A DNA stretch of 64,000 nt from an uncultured Nitrososphaerota archaeon (GTDB lineage Archaea > Thermoproteota > Nitrososphaeria > Nitrososphaerales > CADDZS01): contig CAWCYI010000004.1 of the NCBI GenBank assembly GCA_963799845.1, positions 768,001-832,000 of the forward strand, in the 5' to 3' direction. The position numbers were made by a program, and so were the translations under genes. The first letter of the stretch is position 1, and every line of letters begins with the position of its first letter. Under the pieces are notes generated by a model that was not told the origin of the DNA, searched no databases, and worked only from the letters and a program-made list of their open reading frames with translations. Shown here piece after piece: positions 1 through 9,981 of this stretch.

Positions 1-463
1 CTCGTCTCATTACCGGATTTGGGGTCCATGAAACGCTGACCTCGGAGTACTCTGTTTCCTGTCTTGAGAGCGCCATGAAGGAACACGGCAAACCTGCATC
101 GATCCTATCCGACCACGGAACCACGTTTTACACGATGGAATCTGAGAGGAGGGAGAAGGGGATGACAGAATTCGAGAGGTGTCTCTTGAAGCACAAGATA
201 AGATTCATCCTCGGAAGAGTCAACCACCCCCAGACGAACGGCAAGATCGAGAAGTTCTTCGACATATTCGAGAGTAAGATCAAGTGGTTCTCCTCGATAG
301 ATGAGTTCATGAAGTGGTACAATGAAGTGAGGCCTCATGGAGCCCTTGACCTCAAGACGCCAACCCAGGCTTACTACGAGAAGATGCCGCAGTTAGATGC
401 TCTTGAATATCCTTTGTCTATGGAGGTCTCCTGACAGATGCGAAATGATTTCTGGAAAAAACA
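1..463 (+). mobile_element. Right end of an IS481-family element; candidate terminal IR ~439-463
   Basis: Transposase stop followed by tgcgaaatgatttctggaaaaaACA; IS481 ends are TGT...ACA. Left end not visible. Confidence 0.6.
3..434 (+). CDS. IS481-family transposase, C-terminal part (rve/DDE integrase core); 5' end outside window
   Basis: Frame open from position 3; motifs ILSDHGTTF, HPQTNGKIEKFF, YNEVRPHGALDLKTP. Confidence 0.85.
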   Translation, partial: RLITGFGVHETLTSEYSVSCLESAMKEHGKPASILSDHGTTFYTMESERREKGMTEFERCLLKHKIRFILGRVNHPQTNGKIEKFFDIFESKIKWFSSIDEFMKWYNEVRPHGALDLKTPTQAYYEKMPQLDALEYPLSMEVS

Positions 464-877
464 GTCGCTTACCAATTTATCGTTTGACGAAATACGACTC
501 TAAACTCAATTATTCGAACCGGAAGTTGCTGTCACCATAAGATTGTGAAATTGTCGTTGTCAAATACGTGACGGTGAAGGCATCAATAGCCTTTTTCCCA
601 TGTATCCTAAACTGACGTAACCTTGCGATTTCAAAGAAGAAATGTCGATTCGCCTTTTTTTTGAAAGCTTTGAAAGATTTCTGCTTTTTTCTCTAATCAT
701 TGGACGTCTATGCGTAGCAAATAGGACACTCTACAGCTCCGGTGTCGGGTCGAGTTGAAGAAGAATATTAGTCGAAGCGTGAAATCGGTGTGCTATTACT
801 ATTACATGGTTGAAACTTGTATGTCATGGAAAACTATTTTTCTAGCAGTTCCCAAATTACCCCCTGCTGACGCTACG

Positions 878-1339
878 ATGTATTCTGATCTCTCGGACTT
901 GGATAGGAAGATGTTAAGATTGCTCCTTGATTCCGAGGGGAGCATGCCGACGCATGAAATATCTTTGAAACTCGATATGCCGATAAGCACAGTCCAGAGA
1001 AGAAGGAAGAGATTGGAGGAAGAATATCTCATCAAGCATTATTCGTTAGATCCTATGAAATTTGGGTATAGACGGATCGACCTTCTCATCTACACTGAAG
1101 GCGGCGAGACTATGAACGTCGGTAAGGAGCTGTTGAAGCATGAAGAGGTAACCTACGCTGCAAGAACCATCGGAGAACACACGATTGACTTGCGCGTCGA
1201 AGTATTCGTAAAGGACAACAGTATTTTGCTCAATCTCCTTGAAAATGTAAAAGCTATGAAAGGAGTTAGAGACGTAATCTGGACCGAAGTGATTGAGACC
1301 ATCGGACGGAAGAATCCCCCGAATCACATCGTTCTGTAG
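878..1339 (+). CDS. Lrp/AsnC family transcriptional regulator
   Basis: N-terminal HTH (LDRKMLRLL...ISTVQRRRKRLEE) plus RAM-like domain (IGEHTIDLRVEVFVKD); ATG 878 gives about the same length as the adjacent paralog. Confidence 0.85.
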   Translation: MYSDLSDLDRKMLRLLLDSEGSMPTHEISLKLDMPISTVQRRRKRLEEEYLIKHYSLDPMKFGYRRIDLLIYTEGGETMNVGKELLKHEEVTYAARTIGEHTIDLRVEVFVKDNSILLNLLENVKAMKGVRDVIWTEVIETIGRKNPPNHIVL

Positions 1340-1459
1340 CTAGTTTACTTTCAAAATTCGGCGTTAGACTCTTTCACACGAAAACGTCTTCAAGTTCTCC
1401 TAACAAAAAAACAGAATCCCAAATATTTATCTTGGGCATTTTTTTGATTTTGCACCAAA

Positions 1460-1918
1460 ATGGTTTCTCAGCTTTCAAAAGCTGATATGAAGATGCTGCG
1501 GCTTCTTCTAGACTCTGAGGAAAGAGTGTCCTCCGATGAATTATCCCGGCAGCTCAAAGTCTCGTTAGGTTCAATCCAAGAACGACGAAAGAAATTGGAG
1601 GAAACCTGTCTTATCAAAGATTATTCGTTAGATCCAACGAAATTTGGGCGGCGACGAATTGACCTTCTCATCTATACTGAAGGTAGAGATACAATGATCG
1701 TAGGGAAAGCGATGCTGAAACGCAAAGAGGTTACGTCTGTTACCAGAATGATCGGAGAACACACAATCGACCTACGCGAAGTATTTGTCAGAGATAATAG
1801 CAAATTACTCAATCTCATCGAGGAGATAAAAACTCTGAAAGGAGTGAGAGACGTGGTCTGGACTGAAGATGTGGAGACCCTTGGACGGAAGAATCTGACG
1901 AATTACATTGTAATTTAG
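1460..1918 (+). CDS. Lrp/AsnC family transcriptional regulator (tandem paralog)
   Basis: Collinear with 878-1339 (YSLDPxKFG.RRIDLLIYTEG, KGVRDV.WTE). Confidence 0.85.
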   Translation: MVSQLSKADMKMLRLLLDSEERVSSDELSRQLKVSLGSIQERRKKLEETCLIKDYSLDPTKFGRRRIDLLIYTEGRDTMIVGKAMLKRKEVTSVTRMIGEHTIDLREVFVRDNSKLLNLIEEIKTLKGVRDVVWTEDVETLGRKNLTNYIVI

Positions 1919-2137
1919 TTTAGTTGAAAAAAGTTCCCCGATTCATATCGGAACGAAAAATGATTTTACTTGCAATGATCCAGGTCTCGGGATTTTCGCA
2001 TTTTTTTCAATTTCTTTTTATTGTAAAATCGGCAGCGTAAATCCCCGTTCTGTTCACGAACCGGTTGTCTCTGGAATACAATTTGTCTGAATAGTCACCA
2101 CTAGAAATCAGACCACGCCAGCAGGACCAGTCGGCTG

Positions 2138-2458
2138 CTAAGCTATTTGCTGCGATTTATTGTAAGCAGAAAGTATTGAGATTATCTCTTCTTTGGTGAT
2201 TTTTAGAGTGATCAGATCACCGACTCCTTGAACGTGGGTAATTGAGATGGGAAGATTGTTCCGCGAAAGCATGGCACTCTCCATCCCAAGCTCTGTCTCT
2301 ATGTTTGCTTTGAGCTCGATGTATAGATGTGTGACCTGCCAGGTGTTTGGATCTAGAAGTATTTCCTTTGATTTGACTATTTTCCAGCCGTTTAACCCGA
2401 TTACATCTTTGTCCAATAATTCTTTTCCGAACATTTTCCCATCGGAATACATGTACAT
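2138..2458 (-). CDS. PRC-barrel domain protein
   Basis: ELLDKDVIGLNGWKI...EILLDPNTWQVTHL...HVQGVGDLITLK pattern. Confidence 0.75.
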   Translation of the reverse strand: MYMYSDGKMFGKELLDKDVIGLNGWKIVKSKEILLDPNTWQVTHLYIELKANIETELGMESAMLSRNNLPISITHVQGVGDLITLKITKEEIISILSAYNKSQQIA

Positions 2459-2721
2459 TCTTGCTTAAGAAGTTAAAGTTGTAATCGTTTCGCCTTTTCA
2501 GGAGATTTTTCCATTAAACTAATAAGAAAGAGTCGTTCCGAGAATTGGTGTTATCGTGTCGAACTACGGGATAGGAAGCATTAGAGAATTCCAACATTGA
2601 GTCGAGAAACGAAGAAGCTCTCGAGCAAGGGAAGATAGAGAAACAGAAGGAAACTAGGATAATAGAAAAGACCAACGAGCGTCTGAAGCAGCTCGTCCGA
2701 AACGACGACCTATACGAGGCT

Positions 2722-3081
2722 ATGGAGAATTTCCTTCTAGGCGATCCCGAGAACCAGATTCCCCAACTAGGAGTGCCGGCCGATATCATTGCAAAATGGA
2801 GCCAGCAACCAAACAAGGGGGTGAACCTAATGACACGCGCGGAGTATGAGACCGCTGCGAAAGTTGCCATTTACGAGCAGGATCCTAACCTGGTCAGGAA
2901 TAGTCTGGAACTTGCATCAAGCGTAACAAACCCCAATGACAGGCACGCTCGAATGCAGAAAACGATTCTGGACAATCTGAATGACGTAATTCGGATTGCA
3001 AGCGATTACTACAAGACAAAACAAAAGGTTACTTCAGAAGAAGAAGCCGTCATCGCTTCCGCTGCCTCAGATAAGAAATAG
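2722..3081 (+). CDS. Hypothetical helical protein; frame is open back to ~2575, true start uncertain
   Basis: Charged helical ORF; no in-frame stop between 2575 and 2722. Confidence 0.55.
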   Translation: MENFLLGDPENQIPQLGVPADIIAKWSQQPNKGVNLMTRAEYETAAKVAIYEQDPNLVRNSLELASSVTNPNDRHARMQKTILDNLNDVIRIASDYYKTKQKVTSEEEAVIASAASDKK

Positions 3082-3228
3082 CATTTTGAATTTGATCAGA
3101 TCATGTATTATTGACTTTGGTCATCAAATAGTGAAATCTGACTAGTCTAAGTCAATTTTCAGGCATTACTTGAATGGCTTATTTTCATAGTAGCTCATTG
3201 CCCACTAGAATCAATAGTGCATATCGAA

Positions 3229-3393
3229 TTGTCAAAGGACATCATTGAAGGAGAGAAGGACAAGATCAAAGGAAAATTCCGAGAAGCGGAGGGCAGAATA
3301 ACCGGCAGTCCAACTGAAGTAGTGGAAGGAAAATTGGAGCAAGAAAAAGGGAACGTGAAGAAGAAAATAGGGAAATTGAAATACGATCTATAG
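3229..3393 (+). CDS. CsbD family stress-response protein (54 aa, below ORF-track cutoff)
   Basis: TTG start; MSKDIIEGEKDKIKGKFREAEGRITGSPTEVVEGKLEQEKGNVKKKIG matches the CsbD pattern. Confidence 0.8.
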   Translation: MSKDIIEGEKDKIKGKFREAEGRITGSPTEVVEGKLEQEKGNVKKKIGKLKYDL

Positions 3394-3535
3394 ACCGATT
3401 CTAAGTCATCGTGTCCACTTCGCTCGCAGAAATTGTAGGATACCACAAGGCACACTGGATGAAACACATCCCTGCCTTATACACCATGGGGTTGCTGTTT
3501 CGAATTATACCATCTGATTAGCTGATGGAATAGAT

Positions 3536-3796
3536 CTAGGTTGATTTAGCGTGATCTGGCGACGGATTCGTCGACCGTTTCACACCTAATCCAAACCAAA
3601 AAGCTAGGCCCCAGACAGAAGCTCCAGCAAAGATTCCAACAAAATCGGCAACGGTGCTTGAGAGCAAAACACCTCCCAGAAAATGAAAGAGCGAAGTAAC
3701 AAAGACTCCCGATAATGTGAGCAAACAGAAACCGATGATAGCCGTCCGCCTATTCGGAGGTAATTTCTTCATGAATCCTCTCAGTTCTAATGTCAA
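3536..3796 (-). CDS. Small two-TM membrane protein
   Basis: Two hydrophobic helices flanked by basic residues. Confidence 0.5.
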   Translation of the reverse strand: MTLELRGFMKKLPPNRRTAIIGFCLLTLSGVFVTSLFHFLGGVLLSSTVADFVGIFAGASVWGLAFWFGLGVKRSTNPSPDHAKST

Positions 3797-4401
3797 AGCA
3801 ATTATGTTCTATACGAAGATATGTCGTTAGACCTCATATGAACGACTTTTGGTTTAGGCCCTGCTTACAAAAGGAAGAGGACGAGGGCATTACGCACGGT
3901 TAGTCATTGCGAGATCTAACCTGGAGAAAAAAGAATACTAGCATGCTGAACTTATGCTAGTTGCCGCGATCGTTTGATTCTCCCACTTTGGTATCCTCCC
4001 CTTCAATTTCCTCTACGTCTTTTTCGATTGAATCAATGTCTTCCCTTGTGGTAAGTACCAGCTCTGAAAGCTCAGAAGAGCTCGTTTCATGCCCTGTTTA
4101 CTGCGAATTGTAACAAGAGAAGGTGGAAGACGCAACGACTAATTGCTTTCCTACCATGAAGGGGGCAAATAATGCAAGGAAAATAAATGAAAAGACTAAT
4201 TCTCGAGAAATTGCCAACTCTTCTGCCGAGAAACCCGCTGACTGACCCATGAACGTTCTTGAGCAAAATTCTCGATTATCGGAGTAATTTGGGGTGAAAA
4301 TCCTTTTGAATCCAGAAAACTGGATTATTGGGAAATTATCAGATCCTTTCGATGCGATTTCCAAATTAATGAATCAGCATCAAATCGAAAAGTGAAATTG
4401 A

Positions 4402-5289
4402 ATGGCCTCCAATTCTATTCTCGATTCCGCTGGTAATACTCCGCTCATTAAACTTGCGGGGACCGCGGGGACACTTTTTGCAAAGGCAGAATTTCTCAAT
4501 CCGACCGGTTCCGTAAAAGACAGGGCCGCTGCAAGGATGATCAAGGTGGCGTTCGGAGAAGGCAGTTTGTCCAAAGGAAAAGAAATCCTGGATTCCAGTT
4601 CCGGCAACACAGGAATATCACTGGCAGCGTTTGGGGCATCGCTCGGAATCAAAGTGTCGATAGTCCTCCCGGAAAGCGCGAACATCGAGAGGCAGAAATT
4701 GCTGAGACTCTACGGTTGCAACATTATTTTTTCAGATCTGATGGAAGGCTCCGACGGAGCAATCGAGGTTGCAAGAGATCTTTTCTCGAAACAACCCGGG
4801 AAATATTACTACACTGACCAATACAGCAACGACGCAAACTGGCAGGCGCACTACTTCGGAACCGCGGAGGAGATCTGGAAGCAGACTTCTGGGAAGGTAA
4901 CGCACTTTATCTCCGGCGTTGGAACCGGTGGAACCGTCATGGGAACCGGAAAAAGGCTGAAGGAGCTAAACCGGGAAATCAAGGTCATAGCGATAGAGCC
5001 GGATGAGCCTTTTCACGGAATCGAGGGGTTGAAACACATTCAGTCGTCAATCAAGCCAAAGATCTTCAGTGAAAAATTCCCGGACGAGACGATCTTCGTA
5101 AAGACAGAATATGCGCAAAGAGAGGTCCTGAGACTCGCGAAGGAGGAAGGGATATTCGTGGGAACTTCGTCCGGGGCGGTCTCCTTTGCTGCAAGAAGAT
5201 ACGCATCGGCGGACAGCCTGATCGTCGCTATATTCGCGGATCAGGGCAGCAGGTATCTTTCAGAAAAGTACCTAGGTAATTCGAGATGA
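4402..5289 (+). CDS. cysM: PLP-dependent cysteine synthase (CysM/CysK family)
   Basis: KAEFLNPTGSVKDRAA (PLP lysine), SSGNTG, GVGTGGT; operonic with JAB and Ubl-E1 genes. Confidence 0.85.
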   Translation: MASNSILDSAGNTPLIKLAGTAGTLFAKAEFLNPTGSVKDRAAARMIKVAFGEGSLSKGKEILDSSSGNTGISLAAFGASLGIKVSIVLPESANIERQKLLRLYGCNIIFSDLMEGSDGAIEVARDLFSKQPGKYYYTDQYSNDANWQAHYFGTAEEIWKQTSGKVTHFISGVGTGGTVMGTGKRLKELNREIKVIAIEPDEPFHGIEGLKHIQSSIKPKIFSEKFPDETIFVKTEYAQREVLRLAKEEGIFVGTSSGAVSFAARRYASADSLIVAIFADQGSRYLSEKYLGNSR

Positions 5290-5774
5290 ATGCCGATTCA
5301 GCGCGTTCCGGTACGGACTTTAATCCTGCCGGGACAAGCGTGATTCTTCCAGATGCGGTTATTGCGGACATGCAGGCTCATGCATCCTCGACATATCCGG
5401 AGGAATGCTGCGGTTTGCTTCTAGGAAACTTCAAGGAACAGTCAACGAAAAAGCGAGTAATTGAGTCGAAGAGGATGGGTAACGTTTTTGTGAAAGAAGA
5501 GAGATATCATCGCTATACGATTGATCCCAAAGAATTCATGGGGGTCGAGAGCGAAGCAGAGTCGCGAGGTCTGGACGTGGTCGGAATCTACCACTCGCAT
5601 CCGAACGCGCCAGCAAAACCCTCGCAGTATGATATGGATCTTGCTTGGCCCACGCTCTCCTACATCGTAATCGAAGTCAGGAATTCAAAGCCCGTCGAAA
5701 CAAGAAGCTGGCTGTTAAAGGACGACAGATCCAAATTCGTTTTGGAAGAAATGAGGATAGAGAAAAAATGGTAA
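5286..5774 (+). CDS. JAB/MPN+ (M67) metallopeptidase, Mec+-like
   Basis: YPEECCGLLLG and GIYHSHPNAPAKPSQYD (E...HxH...S..D). Confidence 0.9.
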   Translation: MNADSARSGTDFNPAGTSVILPDAVIADMQAHASSTYPEECCGLLLGNFKEQSTKKRVIESKRMGNVFVKEERYHRYTIDPKEFMGVESEAESRGLDVVGIYHSHPNAPAKPSQYDMDLAWPTLSYIVIEVRNSKPVETRSWLLKDDRSKFVLEEMRIEKKW

Positions 5775-7222
5775 GAGTTCTAATTCCTACAGCATTGAGG
5801 CAGTACACCGAAGGCTCGAAATCCCAGGTCAACGTTAGCGCAGACACCGTTTCCCAGGCCCTTGCGAAGCTTCTCGATGAAAACAAGAAACTAGCATCGC
5901 ACGTCGTCGACGAACAGGGAAACCTGAGAAATTTTGTCAACATCTTCCTGAACAACGAGAATGTCCGCGACCTCGATGGGCAAGACATCAAAGTCAGGGA
6001 ATCCGACACGATTAGAATAGTTCCCGCGATCGCGGGGGGATCTCATCTTCAGGACAAAAATCGGTTCATTCCTGACATCGACGAGCGGAAGATCACGATT
6101 ACTCCGAAAGAGTACCGCAGGTACGGGAGGCACCTGATAATTCCCGAGGTGGGCATGGAGGGTCAGAGAAGGTTGAAGGCTGCGAAGGTCCTAGTTATTG
6201 GAACCGGCGGTTTGGGTTCTCCCAGTTCCCTTTACCTGTCAGCTGCCGGCGTCGGGACAATCGGCCTCATCGACTTTGACGTCATCGATGAAACAAACCT
6301 CCACAGGCAGATACTCTACACAGAAAAGGACGTGGGAAGATCCAAAGTCCAGACCGCCAAGGAAAGACTGCAGCTCGCAAACCCCAACACGATAATCAAG
6401 ACATACGAAGAGCCGCTGAGTTCGGAAAATGCTCTAGAAATTTTCAAGGGCTACGACGTCATCGTTGACGGCACGGACAACTTTCCCACGAGGTACCTGA
6501 CAAACGACGCATGTGTTATTTTGGGCAAGCCGAACGTCTATGCGAGCATCTTTCGCTTCGAGGGCCAGGCAACAGTGTTTGATCCGAAAAACGGAGGCCC
6601 CTGCTACAGATGTCTGTACGCAAGGCCGCCCCCTCCAGGATTGGTTCCGTCGTGTGCCGAAGGCGGAGTCCTTGGTCTATTGCCGGGTCTCATCGGTCTG
6701 ATCCAGGCAACCGAGACAGTGAAACTAATCCTGGGTAGGGGAGAGCCACTCCTGGGTAGATTACTGGTTTACGACGCTCTGTCGATGACGTTTGATGAGC
6801 TCAAGATCAAAAAGAATCCAAAGTGCCCAGTCTGCTCGGCAGATCCGGAAATCACCAGCCTGATTGATTACGAGGCGTTCTGCGGCATCCAGAAAGAGCC
6901 GGACATCGCCTCAGTGCTACCGAAGCAGTTGAGCGAGGAAATCAAGAATGGGAAGAAGGTCATGCTGCTCGACGTTCGAGAACCTCACGAATGGGACATC
7001 GTCCACATCGAGGGCTCCAAGCTTATTCCGCTGGGAGATCTCGCCGAAAGGGTAAATGAGCTCGACTCCGCAGACGATATCGTCGCGTACTGTCACATTG
7101 GCGGAAGGAGCGCCAGAGCCACCGATTTCCTCAGGAGCCTCGGTTACAAGAAAGTGCGAAACCTCGAGGGCGGCATCGAAGCGTGGGCAGTGGAAGTAGA
7201 TCCATCTTTGCCACGGTACTAG
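5768..7222 (+). CDS. moeB: Fusion of MoaD/ThiS/CysO ubiquitin-like domain, MoeB/E1 adenylyltransferase and rhodanese (MoeZ-like)
   Basis: Ubl 5768-6040 ends IVPAIAGG; then RYGRHL, GTGGLG, DGTDNF, CYRC/CPVC zinc sites; C-terminal DVREPHEW...YCHIGGRS rhodanese. Confidence 0.9.
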   Translation: MVRVLIPTALRQYTEGSKSQVNVSADTVSQALAKLLDENKKLASHVVDEQGNLRNFVNIFLNNENVRDLDGQDIKVRESDTIRIVPAIAGGSHLQDKNRFIPDIDERKITITPKEYRRYGRHLIIPEVGMEGQRRLKAAKVLVIGTGGLGSPSSLYLSAAGVGTIGLIDFDVIDETNLHRQILYTEKDVGRSKVQTAKERLQLANPNTIIKTYEEPLSSENALEIFKGYDVIVDGTDNFPTRYLTNDACVILGKPNVYASIFRFEGQATVFDPKNGGPCYRCLYARPPPPGLVPSCAEGGVLGLLPGLIGLIQATETVKLILGRGEPLLGRLLVYDALSMTFDELKIKKNPKCPVCSADPEITSLIDYEAFCGIQKEPDIASVLPKQLSEEIKNGKKVMLLDVREPHEWDIVHIEGSKLIPLGDLAERVNELDSADDIVAYCHIGGRSARATDFLRSLGYKKVRNLEGGIEAWAVEVDPSLPRY

Positions 7223-7569
7223 TAAACTCTCGAGCCCAGAGGCGCGTCATCCTCCGTCGCAAGCAGTATGATCCCGCCGTCAGCGTCTGCGACTCCGAGT
7301 ACAAGAACCTGCGAAACAAAATTGGCGATCTTTTTGGGCGCAAAATTTACGACGGCAATGATCTTGCGTCCAACGAGATCTTCTTTTGTATATCGCCGGG
7401 TAAGTTGAGCACTAGAATTTTTCAGGCCGATTTCTGATCCGAAATCAATCTTCAACCGGTACGCCGGTTTTCTTGCTTCGGGGAAATCTCTGGCTTCGAC
7501 AATTCTTCCAACGCGCATGTCAACCCTTTCAAATTCTCCGTAAGCGATGCTCGGTTGAACCAAGATCAA
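7219..7569 (-). CDS. csaA: CsaA tRNA-binding/export chaperone
   Basis: DMRVGRIVEA...PAYRLKIDFG..IG.KNSSAQLT...VVNFAPKKIANFVSQVLVLG. Confidence 0.9.
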   Translation of the reverse strand: MILVQPSIAYGEFERVDMRVGRIVEARDFPEARKPAYRLKIDFGSEIGLKNSSAQLTRRYTKEDLVGRKIIAVVNFAPKKIANFVSQVLVLGVADADGGIILLATEDDAPLGSRVY

Positions 7570-7613
7570 ACGAACAAGTCGGAATTTCAGCGGTATAAAC
7601 TATTTTTCGTCGG

Positions 7614-8039
7614 TCAGCGCAGTTTGCTCTGCCAGTCGGCCATGTCCTGATCGTTTGCTAGCTCCTCAAGAGCGCTGTGGACCTTCACCTTCAATCGCTC
7701 GTTCAGGTAGACCGCGTACATCTTGTGGAACCCAATTGCAAACATGACGGCCGAGCTTACGAGCAGCGTAACGGATGTCACGTCGAAGAAATTCGCGAAC
7801 TGCTCGTTTTGAAGACTGATAATTGATTGAACAAGGTTCATCGCCTGCGAGAGGGCAAGAATGACGATCCCTCCCACTATGGATTCAGGTCCGTCCTGCG
7901 TCATCATGATCATGACCTTCATCTTGCGTGCGAGCCGGGTAAGTCGGAATCCGTAATAACCGGCGATGGCAAACGAAGCAAGAGCAAGAACGTATAGAAC
8001 CGATGTTAGCGGAACTAAAATCATTGCCTCAGAATTCAC
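7614..8039 (-). CDS. Three-TM membrane protein
   Basis: Three hydrophobic helices; resembles 32082-32483 (GYY..R+.R and IGF...Y). Confidence 0.7.
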   Translation of the reverse strand: MNSEAMILVPLTSVLYVLALASFAIAGYYGFRLTRLARKMKVMIMMTQDGPESIVGGIVILALSQAMNLVQSIISLQNEQFANFFDVTSVTLLVSSAVMFAIGFHKMYAVYLNERLKVKVHSALEELANDQDMADWQSKLR

Positions 8040-8375
8040 ACTTTGAGAGACGAAAAGTTGCTTCTGGACTTAAAGGACTTATGAACTCTGGCTTCTAGAC
8101 TTTCGAGTGTACTAATTCGTATGATGAAACTACTTTGCCGTTTTCCATATTTCTTCGCTAAGTATTTTGCTGAATAATCAGCTCCTCCACATTAGGGGCA
8201 AATATTTTCATGACGTGTTTTGCTTCCGTCATGTACTTGTTGGTACAAAATTTCGTCGGGATTATTTCAGACGGCTCCACCCATTTGTCGGGGCGAACTC
8301 TCGGAAATGTTCTAGGTAATATCCGGTGCAGGTATATATCTGCCTTAGAATCGGGATGATTATTTGCGGCATTAG

Positions 8376-8666
8376 TTGTTCGTGATTATAGGGAACGATC
8401 TGGTTCTTTATTGGGTGTCGATCTTGAGCTTGATCGCGCTCATCTGCATGGGAATCGACAAGTCATCCTCGAAACTACGCAAAAAACGGATCAGTGAAGC
8501 AACTTTCTGGTTGCTTTCTCTTCTAGGAGGATTTCCGGGGGTTATTTTAGGTGGAATTCTTTTTCACCACAAGACATCGAAGCCAAGTTTCTGGCTACCC
8601 GTAGCGGTCTCAGCTTTTCTGTGGCTTTCTCTACTATTCTCAGTTTCGGGAATTATTCAGCTGTGA
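8376..8666 (+). CDS. DUF1294 family membrane protein
   Basis: MGIDK.S......RISEATF.LLSLLGG.PG...G..LFHHKTSK. Confidence 0.85.
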   Translation: MFVIIGNDLVLYWVSILSLIALICMGIDKSSSKLRKKRISEATFWLLSLLGGFPGVILGGILFHHKTSKPSFWLPVAVSAFLWLSLLFSVSGIIQL

Positions 8667-8864
8667 AATAGAAGATCCGTGCCGTCCCCGTTTTCTCGTA
8701 CAGACGAATATTTCCTCGGTCTTTAATGAACAGGTATAACACACGATCGCTGGTGTGGCATTCCGAGTTTGGTCTCCCCTCACTATGAACACGCTGTCGT
8801 ATTCGCGGACTGGAGAGCCGCAACCTGCGCAAGTTTTCTTGCCGATTGAAATCAAATCTTGCAC
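8640..8864 (-). CDS. Small zinc-ribbon protein
   Basis: CAGC...CYTC pair; short overlap with the convergent DUF1294 gene. Confidence 0.4.
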   Translation of the reverse strand: MQDLISIGKKTCAGCGSPVREYDSVFIVRGDQTRNATPAIVCYTCSLKTEEIFVCTRKRGRHGSSISQLNNSRN

Positions 8865-9033
8865 GGTGATAATCGAAATAATGGAATATTAATCCAATGA
8901 GAATCAATCTTATGCTACGGCGGTACTAAACCCACATTCACGTCTACTGCTCTAATTCATGAACGTGTGTTCAGTACCATTGCTTCACAAATTGCTTAAG
9001 CGCTAACGACTTCAGCAATACGGAATTCACTAC

Positions 9034-9465
9034 TTGGGCGTCAATAGCGACGATTCTCTGAGTCATGGAACAGTCCTGGTCCCGAGAGTGGATGTCAATT
9101 CAGGCCTTATTAGAAAGAACTCGCTATTCGGTCGCATTTCCTCTTATGAGTTTTCTTTACTCGCACTTTTTTCTTGCACGGTAGTCTTGAGCGTCACTGA
9201 TCTCCTTACCACGACGATGGCGTTGCGCGATGGACTGCGCGAAGGAAACGTCGTGCTCCTAGGCGTAGCATCGACAATGAGATTAAGTTTCTTTCAAACG
9301 ATTGCCACTACAAAACTCGGATTCATCGCTGGAACTGGAGCGCTGTCATTTCTCGGAATCAAATCCAATTTGCAAACCACGAGGAATATCGTGTTTGGAT
9401 CTATGGTTGCATTCGTAGTCTTGCTTCTTGTGGTCTCTCTGAATAATTTGATTTTGATTGCATGA
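9034..9465 (+). CDS. DUF5658-like membrane protein
   Basis: DLLTT.MAL..G.REGN...K.........NN signature, three TM helices. Confidence 0.65.
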   Translation: MGVNSDDSLSHGTVLVPRVDVNSGLIRKNSLFGRISSYEFSLLALFSCTVVLSVTDLLTTTMALRDGLREGNVVLLGVASTMRLSFFQTIATTKLGFIAGTGALSFLGIKSNLQTTRNIVFGSMVAFVVLLLVVSLNNLILIA

Positions 9466-9676
9466 CCGAGTCCTGAAATAATTCTACGGATTTCAGACCA
9501 ACATAGCTCGTTCGTATCGATGCTGATGCATATCTGGTAACCGATCCTGGCGGTTATTGAGAAAATCTCAACTATAACGAAAATTATTGGCTTCAGTCGA
9601 TTTAGCGTGACTGATGTTTCATTGCAAAAGAAGCATTAATACCTGCTATCCCTGCCAACATAATTGGGATAAGAAC

Positions 9677-9934
9677 TTGACCCAAAGCGACGACGACTAT
9701 GAGATTGAAAAATACTCAGAGGAAGTCAGGACGTATGAAGATCGTCGTATCACAACCGAACTTTCAAAACTTTACCGCGATCTAAAAGCGATGAATGAAG
9801 ATGATGAGATCACTCCTGAAGCAGATGAAAGGAAGGAAAAGATTTCGAAAGAAATAGAGATCACTAAACGAAGGATTGGTGTCCTGGAACAAGAAATTGG
9901 ACGAAGAAAGAAAGACGGTTCATGGATCTGGTAA
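9677..9934 (+). CDS. Hypothetical coiled-coil protein
   Basis: TTG start; highly charged heptad-like composition. Confidence 0.55.
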   Translation: MTQSDDDYEIEKYSEEVRTYEDRRITTELSKLYRDLKAMNEDDEITPEADERKEKISKEIEITKRRIGVLEQEIGRRKKDGSWIW

Positions 9935-9981
9935 TCTTTACGACTCCATCATCTAGTTCAAGATTTCTAAACCGATTTGAT

